This document shows positions 11,322 through 21,700 of a stretch of DNA of 64,000 nt, piece after piece (the stretch's first letter is position 1; every line of letters begins with the position of its first letter). The notes under the pieces are model-generated. The model was not told the origin of the DNA. It saw only the letters and a program-made list of their open reading frames with translations, and did no database searches. The stretch covers positions 28,662,871 to 28,726,870 of the forward strand of contig NC_092676.1 of assembly GCF_964355755.1 (NCBI RefSeq), in the 5' to 3' direction. This DNA is from Antedon mediterranea. Its lineage: Eukaryota; Animalia; Echinodermata. A program made the position numbers and the translations under genes.

Positions 11322-12528
11322 TTAACCAAAAAGAAAGTGACACCAGTCAAGTGTTTGTTCCGTCGAGTTGACGTCACCAAGCAGGTCTTGACACGGGTTC
11401 TTACTTTCACTTTTATCGTCTTTAAATCGTTTACCTATTGCAAACAAAAATAGTTGTTAGTTTTATATGATACATAATTGATGATGATGATGATGGCGAT
11501 GATTACGCTGTTAAAAATACAAATATTGGATAAGATTTAATGATGATACCGACAGATTGATTATGCGGGATGGTTATGTGTTTCATTTGAAGTCCGTCTA
11601 GGCCTACTCAACTTCAAATTTTTAATTTGATTATGAGACCAGTGATGATGCTATTATGAACATTAGAGTAATAGTGGTAGGCATGCTGATTATGATAAGA
11701 CAAAAAATGATAAAACGGATATGATAGAATGGATATTGATTATGATACCAAAGATGTTGATGATGAAAGTGTGGTTGAATTTTAGATTATGCTACTGATA
11801 AGACATAAAACAAATAATGAGACAGAGTGATGAATTGATGAAGATGATACTGATACCAGTGATGATGCTAATTTATGAAATGATCAGAGTAATACTGATA
11901 ATGATAAGACAAGGGATGATACAACGGGTATGATGGAACGGATATTTGTTATTGAGTAAATTATGGTACTAATAAAACAAAGATACATGAAACAGATAAT
12001 GATACAGAATGATGATGAAACTGATGAAGATGGCATGGATAAAAAACAATATATCAATGTCTTACCGTACGGCCCGGTCCACCATCCACCACGTGACTGT
12101 TCGCTAGATGCTCCTCTCTTCATATCAATATTACCAATAGATCGTTGAATCTTCCCTAATAAATATCCTTGATTTCTCAATCTATCAAAATATTGCAGAA
12201 ATTCACCCGAGGGCTGATTACGTATTCGAACCAGCAGCTGACAGAATGTTCCGCAATCTGTTAACCGTAAGATGGCAGGCAAATTGACGTCTTTTGCAGA
12301 ACTTCTTCCGTCAAATGCAGCGTTAAAGTAGTTATCTGCTGTGGAAGGTAAGGCTTCTAATGGCAAAGAGTTTGGACGGAGTTGTCCTGTTAAAACGGGA
12401 TGGTTATCATTTGAAGTTCGCCTAGGCTTACTCAACTTCCAGTTTTCTGCATTTTGCGACAGCAAAGACTTTGGTTGCACCACCGCTATCAGTAAAGGAA
12501 TGACCATTAACACTGTAATCATCTCCAT
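11322..12528 (-). CDS. Putative neuropeptide precursor (~191 aa); coding exons 12528-12066 and 11434-11322
   Basis: Hydrophobic signal peptide MEMITVLMVIPLLIAVVQP. Donor G|GTAAG at 12066/12065 and acceptor TTTGCAATAG|GT at 11435/11434. Splicing yields ...DMKR-GASSEQSRGGWWTGPY-GKR-FKDDKSESKNPCQDLLGDVNSTEQTLDWCHFLFG*. Confidence 0.8.
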
Positions 12529-13900
12529 ACCTAGGTTGTTATCCAAACGTGTGTATCAATTTAAGTTACCTGACAGTATTTATACATTTTTGTCTAATTT
12601 GAATGCAAATTATGCTTTCACACTTGTGGGCGTCCTGAAACTTGCAGTGCTAATTATAGGCTAGTGAATATTTGATGGGGATATTATAAGTTACACCGTG
12701 TTATTACTAAGTATTAATATTCAATTTCTGCTAACAAAAATAAAGTACACATATCACTTCTCGATTACAAATATCTATCATATATTAGTTTCTCCTTCTA
12801 GAAAGTGGAATAATTATGACGTCGCAATGTTGTTGATTTGAAGAATACATTTAGGCAGATGAAAATGGTGTTTTCTCTTTAGTGGCCATGACGTTTACAT
12901 AAAATTATGTAAAACAAAACTTTAAAATATTTGCATACAAAGTAAAACAATAAATGAAAGACAATGAAATGAAAAGTTAATCTGTGTAATATTCTTGCAC
13001 TTCTCACTTCATTTGGACAATTCTTGTTAATTTACAAAGTATTGATAAACCATAAACTTATTTTCAATATTAAAATCTTATTATTTAACAAGTCATGGAG
13101 ATAAAATTGTCCGTTACTTCTGCCTGACGACTTGATAGAAATTCAGGAATGAGATTTAGTCCATGCCTGGTCGCAGAGGTGGCACTCGAGAGGGTGGAGT
13201 AGGTATAAAGAAAGTCACGTTATGGAAATTGAAACATTTTGTAAAATTAAAAGCTCGCATGGTACACATTCCGCTCAGTTTGTACCCACGTGCGTAATAT
13301 CTGTCCCTATTTTGTTGTTTTAGTGACAATTTTCTATTCGTCATTTAGGCTTGACAGAAATTAATACCGATATAATTACCCAGAATCAAAAACGGAATCT
13401 CCAGAGGTGAGGCAGTATTGAAATGCAGTATAAACGCCTACGCAACAAGCAAAATATGTCATAAAATATTGTAATTTACACGTTACACGAAAGAAAATCA
13501 TTAGATTTATATTAAAAAACGAAAATAAAAACCATTAGATAAGTAGTACTAATGTACCGGTACACAATATTCACACGTCCAAATGTCTTAATTGAAATGA
13601 TACGTATACTATTTATGATGACGTCACTGATAACATCTTCGAATGTCAAATGTTGGTTCAATTACGGTACGTCAATTCGATTCAGATTGTTTTTAGTTTA
13701 AACTGAAAACGAACTCGTTTTGAAAATGATGAAGAGAGAAAGAAAGTTAACGCGCGAGTAGTTATCATTATCGCTCGTACTATTATCGTAGTTATCAGTT
13801 TAAACGCCCGCGTAACATGCATTATCGTTATCATTTTATACGCGCGCGTACCATTATCGTAGTTATCAGTTTAAACGCGCGCGTAATATTATTCAACCAT

Positions 13901-14717
13901 GGGCCTGTTTCTGCTGCAACTGCTCAAAATACGGTATAAAAATACGGTATAAAATACGGTATTTTTTATACCGTATTTTTTAGTACCCCGTTTCTGCTAA
14001 CAATACTTCTTGGGTGGTCGTGTTAAATTTCATCTTTTTTACCCAAATTGCCATTCATTTATTTGGTCGATAATTAAAAGTCGCAATAAAGGAAGTTTTA
14101 CGTCTCACTTTCAACAGCCTAGCCCTAGTGATAGAGATGTTGTGAGAGCACAGAAAACATCGTAATGTGGAAAATTAATTCGTTCCCTCCCCGAGTTATT
14201 GTATTTTGCAATGTTGTACTGCTTTCGCAGGCTCTTCAGCTTTGAGTTTACTTGCTTTGGAGACAAGTCTATTCCATACTCCTGCTTTATTTTTTTAGAA
14301 ATGTCTTTATAAATGTGGTTGTCCCTTTTATTAGTTGGCCAGACATTTTAGCTTCCCCACACACATTTATTTAGTAAAACTGTGACGTCTTCGCTCCACA
14401 TTTTCGCCGAATATATCTATACACGTGTGAAAAAGCAGCTGACAGCGACAGAAAATAAAAACACGAATGTTGACCTTTTGTCATGTAAAAAAAAAATACG
14501 GTATTTTTTATTGGCAGCAGAAACGGGTACAAAAAATACGGTATAAATTTGTAAATACCGTATTTTATCCACAAATTTTGTGGGGAAAATACGGTATACA
14601 AAATACGGTATATTTTTTATGAGCGCAGTTTCTGCTGCCAAAAATATACCGTATATATACGGTATTCAAAAAATACCGTATAATATACGGTATTTAGTTG
14701 GCAGCAGAAACAGGGCC
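13901..14717. mobile_element. Non-autonomous PIF/Harbinger-like DNA transposon
   Basis: TIR GGGCCTGTTTCTGCTGC / GCAGCAGAAACAGGGCC, 3-bp flanking duplication CAT, and many subterminal AAAATACGGTAT repeats in both orientations. Confidence 0.82.
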
Positions 14718-15529
14718 CATAACATTTAATATTTTCCTGGGTTATTATAGTTTGAATTAATTTTTAATCTTATACAGTAATTATTCACGTTCAAACACAG
14801 TTTAAATCTCTTATATTAATTTATTTAATTACCATAAATCTCATACACCATAATAACTTAACAATAGTACAATTTTAGGATACTTTTCATTGGTTCAACT
14901 CTGTTATTAAAATATTTTAAGGTTTAAAATAATTAATTCTCTAACCACAAATTTTGCAATCAATTTAATTATCCATAGGAGATAATTATTTTAACACAAT
15001 TTCCATTTTATACACTATCTAATATGTTACAATAATTCAAATTTATAGGCCTGTTTAATTTTTGTTTGTGGGATGGGGCGTTGAGGTTACACGTATTTGT
15101 TACATTTCCAGTACTAAATAGTAATTGTATATCCATAGAAAAATAGGTTAAGATATTTATTTTATTTTATTCAATCGAAACCAACAGCGATAATTACCGC
15201 CACTAACAGGTTTGATACAAACAAAGCCAGGACTGTTTAAAGCACCTTGATTGGTCCGAACATTGACTTCTTACGTCCAGTGCCCACCTTGACCAGGTGA
15301 CATAAGCCAATACGTCTGAGGCAGATACTAGATGCAGGGGCTGCCATAAGATTCAGCAGTGCTGGTTTCAAATGCCTAACTGGACCCCAGCTCCATATAC
15401 AGCACCCGATATTCTTAAATGGTTTCACATCCAAACTCTAACCAGGCACAACGTTGCTAACTTCGGTGATCTGACGAGAACCGGTGTTTCAACGTAGTAA
15501 AGCCGTATTTATTTTATATGGTAATAATT

Positions 15530-18486
15530 TTAAACTATTCCACCCTCATTTTGTGGTGTTTTTGTGGGATCTAGTCCGCATTGCTTCATTTTCACTGCAA
15601 TCGAAAATAAGTAGTCATAGCATTCACACCTACAGGAAAACAATAAAATTATATAATTGTATAAATATATATTTTTAAAATTAAAAAAATATACATTTAA
15701 AATTGGCGAACACTGAACTTGCATTAATAAAATATATTAATTTAATAATAATAACTTTATTCATAATCTCAGATCAAATTAAAAGTATACATAAATAATT
15801 ATATTATGAATATTAAATAGAATTTGGTAATAATTAAAACTCAATACAAATTACTTTTAGAATTAAGAAATTTAAATTTAAAAAAAAATCCAATATTCAC
15901 TTTATATATCAAAATTGACAGGCAAATATCATATTTTTATTAAATATCTTATTATTAATCTAACATTTTATTATTAATTTAAAATTGATATTTACATTGA
16001 TTTTGCTTTCTGCCAAGATTCACCCCACACGTATACGCCATGTCGCCTTACAAGAACCGCACAGGATTCTGGGTATTCATCCATGGCTCTTGCCATACGA
16101 TCCTGATTGGAAATAAATACATAAAGTGATGTCATATCACTACCATATTTGGGTATATCACTGCCATATTTGGACACATCACACTTCTTTTTTCAAACTA
16201 GTTTGATAGTGTAAACAGAGCTTTACATATCATCAAGACCCAAGTGGTCTAATGGTACGGCATCTGCCTACTAAATAGAAAAGATGAAGTTCGAATCACA
16301 GTTAGACATTATTTATTACTTCTGCTAAAGGAGGCTATATGACCACCTTGTTTGTGTTTTATTGATAGATTGTTTAAATCCATCACAATCTATATTTAAA
16401 TGTTACATCACCTTTAAGTCCCGTTCTTCTGGTGTGTTTTCAATAATCGGTACAATTAATTCTTCATCATATCTGAAATATTAAAAAACACTATATGTTT
16501 AAAATGCAATCGTCTAAAAACCCATTTCTTCTGGTGTGTTTTCAATAATTTGTACAATTAATTCTTCATTATATCTGAAATATTTTAAAACATTATAAAT
16601 ATGTTCAAAATGTAATCGTCTACAAACCCACTTCTTAAAGTGTGATTTCAATAATTCAATAATTTGTACAATTAATTCTTCATCATATGGGAAATATTGA
16701 AAAAACACTATAAATATGTTCAAAATGTAATCGTCTAAAAACCCATTTCTCTCATTCTGGAGTAAACATAACTCTATGAATGTATATATCAAATTTCTTA
16801 TCAATATGTAGCACATTTACTGTTGTAGGATAATATAAATTAAACCATGCCTACATATAACATTATATTTAACAAGAATGGGGTTAATAGTTATATATGT
16901 TATCTAATTACTGTAGGTAGGAATGTACGTTAGACATTTCAGAGTTATTAATTTATCAAATCGAAAATTAAGGTTTTTCCTTTGCACATTAAGTTTTGCT
17001 GAGGCTCTACCAAGTTACCATAGCAACATAAAAATCAAATATAAACAAATATATTAAATAGTAAAATTATTTTGAATAACAACTTTAGGAAAGACTTTGT
17101 TCATCTTCTGTAAAATTAGTTTGTCAAAAAACTTTACCTATAATTTCCCCCGCTTGTGCATTTCTTAATGCCTTTGATCATTTCCTGGTGCGTGATACGG
17201 AACTCGTTTCCGAGATACATCAGTGTTGCCATGACAGCCGCTTGAGAATGGGTGTGAATTACGGCACCAGCTCCTAAAGCACGATAGAAATCAATTATGC
17301 AAGAAGTTCTGCCATAGTTTTCAAATTTGCTTTTTTAAAATAATTTCTTCTTTTTTAAAAATAAATAATTCATAGGGTTTATGTAGCAGTTCTGTGGTAA
17401 ATTATTGTGGGGGATATAGTCAGTGTATCAAGTGTATTAAAGTGTTAATAGAGATGACAGTGAGGCATGAAGTTTGAATCTGAAACTGTCCACTTGGCCA
17501 TTTTTATCTTTACTAGTCTCCCTAGATACAGACTATGTGGTATCAGGTGTGATATATAATAATGTAATATACTATCAAAGTTTATGTGACAAAAAAATGT
17601 GATGTGCCCATATATGGACATGATGATTTCATATATCACTACCATATTTGGGTACATCACACTAGTTTGACAGTGTAGCTTAACACAAAATATATGCATT
17701 ACCTCTCATAGTGTAAGCATTCATAAACAAAGGAGTACACTGGCTTTTTTTTAATTTCTTCTCAGGAGGAGGGGTAGATATATCCACATTCTTAATATCT
17801 TGCACAAAAATGTCTTCTGCCTATGACAAAAAAATAAATTGTTGTAGTCAAGATAACCATAACTCAACCGGCTGGATTATTGTGAGCATGCCCAGAAAAT
17901 AGTTACGCTTCGTTGCTTTTGGAGTGCTCACCTGAATGCGTTCCTTTTGGACCCCTGATGGTGCGATGTAGATTTTGGATCTGTAAGAAAATTAAATGTA
18001 TTTCAAATTTGAATCCTACTGAAAGTCTATGTGGTTTTTATTCTGACTGTACTGGCAATTAACAGTTAAAAATCGACCTATCAAATTAGGACCTACATTA
18101 CTATTCTTTAGAAGGAAAATACACACTTCTTTTCACTATATACATCATATGATATAATTTGTAATTTTACAAACCCAGACTTGATAGTAAGCCCTCCACC
18201 AGTTCCTGTGACCCAGCCCAGGTTATAGAACAACCTACATAATTCTGGAATCAATTTTCTGGGATCCTGGAAAAAAAAATCAAAACATTCATTCAGCAGT
18301 TTGTCAACATCAGTTTGGCCTCATCAGACCATAGGTATACCTGCTCACACAGTGGTCTAGAATAATACTAAAATATGCATGTCTATATTGACTATGATAT
18401 GATTCATTGTACAACCACTATTCTACATTATTGATACTTTCCCCTACCTTTTCATTTTGAAAACTAATATTATCTGAATTATTCAT
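15530..18486 (-). CDS. APIP: Methylthioribulose-1-phosphate dehydratase (MtnB/APIP, ~233 aa); exons 18486-18448, 18266-18175, 17980-17932, 17820-17703, 17273-17138, 16472-16412, 16102-15996, 15629-15530
   Basis: [60 protein letters not shown] (Zn ligands), [33 protein letters not shown] and MCECYDYLF. Phases are consistent. Confidence 0.97.
16425..16750 (-). repeat. Tandem triplication of the APIP intron5/exon6 boundary
   Basis: Three ~100-115-bp units containing TACAATTAATTCTTCAT...AAATATT...AAAATG(C/T)AATCGTCTA. Confidence 0.85.
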
Positions 18487-18774
18487 TTTTATAATAAATA
18501 ATTATTTGCTTTTTATTGAAGCTGTTTCACCAACCTCTCTACTTCAACAACTAATAAATGGCAATGTGTCATTCGTCTGCTGTCGTTTTATCACATTTAT
18601 GATTACGTTAAATGTTACAAAATGTATATCATAGTAAACGAAATATTTATTTTCTAATATAAAATAATTTTAAAACTCAAATACATATTTTTAAGTTATA
18701 ATTTTTATGAAACAATACTATTTAGAAATATTATTTCTAATAGTAAGCAAAGTTTTAAATATGCAATAACAAAC
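18487..18774. promoter_or_regulatory. Compact bidirectional promoter region APIP/PDHX
   Basis: Divergent ATGs only 288 bp apart. A YY1-like AACATGGCGGC overlaps the PDHX start. Confidence 0.75.
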
Positions 18775-21700
18775 ATGGCGGCTATTCTGCGGGTAGGAAG
18801 CCGAGCTTTGAGCCGGGGAACAAAATGTGTAATTTACCCGGCATTTTCAAGTTTATTAAATTCAGATGCAATACTAACACGATATTTTAGTGTATCTGGT
18901 ACCATTCAAGGTATTTATATAGAAGCGTTTGTCATACGTTATTAAGCTAGGCCTCCGCAATAAGTCATCATCATGCATAATATGGGCTGATTCCACCACC
19001 TCCTGCCCACCTTGACCGCTGATACTGATAGCCCACCACATGTTGGGCCTGGCTTAGAAATATGTTAATATATTATTATTTGACAATGACAGTCTTACTA
19101 AAAATAAATAAATAAACTACCATAAAAATGCCTTAAATTTATTTTAAAATAAAAAACATTTATTTAAGTCTAACTAATAAGAAACACTTATTTTCTTCTT
19201 GACATATAAAATATGTGAAATTATTAATACTATTATAATAGGGCCTACAGTAGTATATTATTCTTTTTTCAGGAGTTACGCCAATGGAATTGCTCATGCC
19301 GGCCCTTTCCCCAACAATGGAAGTTGGAACAATTAAAAAATGGTTGAAAGAAGAAGGTTTGTATTGTTTATTGAATGAAAATTATATGTATGAGCTCAGA
19401 TCCAGGGTTTACTCAGATCTAGAGTTCACTCAGATCCAGGGTTCACTCAAATCCAGGATTCACTCAAATCCAGGATTCACTCAGATCCAAGGTTCACTTA
19501 AATCCAGGGTTCACTGAGATCACGGGGTTAACTCAGATCCAGGGTTCACTCAGATCCAGGGGTCAAGGGTCTTTCACACCTGTTCTGGCACGGTTCCGGT
19601 CCGGCGAATCGAACATCAATGTTTCGTTTTCACGCGGCTATGCGCCAATCGATATGCGCGTAGCCGCGTGAAAACGAAACATTGACGTTCGATTGGATTT
19701 TCCGGCGCCGGACTTGAACCGTGCTGGAACAGGTGTGAAAGACCCTTCACTCAGATCCAGGGTTCACTCAGTCTTGGTGGCAAGTACAGTGTCATACAAT
19801 AAACATTTAGTAAATAATAACAAATTTTACCAATGTTGTAGTTTGTACTGTAATGATGCTTTTGTTATATTTTTTTTGCAGGTGAAGCCGTGGCAGTCGG
19901 TGATGCGTTATGTGAAGTGGAAACGGACAAAGCAACAGTTTTTATGGATGCAGATGAAGATGGGGTAATGGCTAAAATATTGGTAAGAAGATTTGATTTT
20001 CATCATTTAAAATCATCGTCATTGTTATCATCATCATCATCATCAATTGTTATCATCATTATCATCATTCATTGTCATTATCATCATCATCATTCATTGT
20101 TATCATCATTATCATGAGTGAGTGAGTGGCCGAGCGGTTAAGACAGTGAAACCGTAATTACGTAGCCATAACATCGGCAGGGGTTCGAGGCTCACTCACT
20201 CCATGGTTCTGGTGGTAGAACGAGTCTTCTCGGATAAGGACTATAAACCGTAGGTCCAGTGTACACATCTAGCTCGTGTGCACTTTAAAGAACCTAGTAC
20301 ATCTTTCGAGACGAGTAGGGGGTTACCCCGGTGTATTAGTACATCACAGCCACTGATCACCAACTGGGCCCTCTGGGAGACCAGTCTTTGACTGAAGAGG
20401 TTACCCAGTATAAATATAAATTTCAATTCAATTCAATCATCATCATTGTCATCATCATCACCATCATCATTGTCATCATCACCATCGTCATCATCACCAT
20501 CATCATCATCATCAATTGTATCATCATTATCATCATCCATTGTCATCATCATCATCCATTGTCATCATCGTCGTCGTCGTCGTCGTCATCATCATCATTA
20601 TTATTGTCATCACCATCATCATCATCATTGTTATCATCATCCTCATCATCATCATTGTTATCATCATCATCATCATTGTTATCATCATCATCATCATCAT
20701 TGTTATCATCATCATCATTGTCATCATCATCATTATTGTCATCACCATCATCATTGTTATCATCATCCTCATCATTGTTATCATCATCATCATTGTTATC
20801 ATCATCATCATTGTTACCATAAACATTGACATATTATCTGCATCCTCATCATCATTCTCCTTTAATAGCGGTTCTAAAAATAGTCTGTAACTGTAAGATT
20901 ACTTCTTACCAAACTTTAAATGTTATTTTATCTCGTAGGTAGCTGAAGGCACCTCAGATATTAAAATAAATACACTAATAGCATTAATGGTTGCTGAAGG
21001 GGAGGACTTCAAAGATGTTGACATACCAGTGTCAACAACTCAACAAGACGTTTCACCAAGTCAAGAGGTGACACCATCACCCCAGAGTCCTACAAGAGTA
21101 GATACAGGAGGACACGGTAGTATGTAAGTCTTCTTTTTCAACAACTTTACCAGCCTACTACTCTTTTTATAATATATATTCTATTATAATTAATTTTCAT
21201 TACCATCATAATCAATTTGTTTTATTACCGTATAATAAAATTTTAAAAATGTCAAACAAAAAACATCATCTTTTACCCAACTGACTGCAATATATTAATC
21301 ATAACTGATGATTATATATTGCAAAAACAAAATGAAAAATAAAATTATAATTATGTGTACTGGAGATTTGATTGAATATATAATCTCCTCAGAGGTTTAT
21401 TATAATATATACATTTGAAATTGAATATTTTGTTTTTATTATTTCTAGACAAAGTTTATCTCCAGCTGTCAGGTATCTGGTAGATACGCATAACCTGGAT
21501 TCTGGGAAGATTCAAGCAACTGGTCGAAATAACAGAATACTTAAAGGGTATGCATTGTGGTTTTGTAGTCAGAGTGCTCACCTTCTAATTCTAGTATCAT
21601 GGGTTCAAATCCAATGTGGTATTACCTTCATAATTTGTTGGTAGGATTAAAGGGGAAAAATATTGTATGTAAGCCATATTGCATGTTTTTAAATAGTTAG

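Noticed and set aside
11884-12065. Hydrophobic C-terminal 'transmembrane' part of the 220-aa ORF
   Set aside because: It is intronic (ATC)n-rich sequence after a strong GTAAG donor. The spliced model is much more coherent.
12152-12172. GYLLG match to the galanin N-terminal motif
   Set aside because: It lacks the GWTLNSA part and flanking dibasic sites. A five-residue match is not enough to call galanin or spexin.
20388-20890. Poly-His, poly-Ser, poly-Ile and poly-Met ORFs
   Set aside because: These are translations of a (CAT)n microsatellite inside a PDHX intron.
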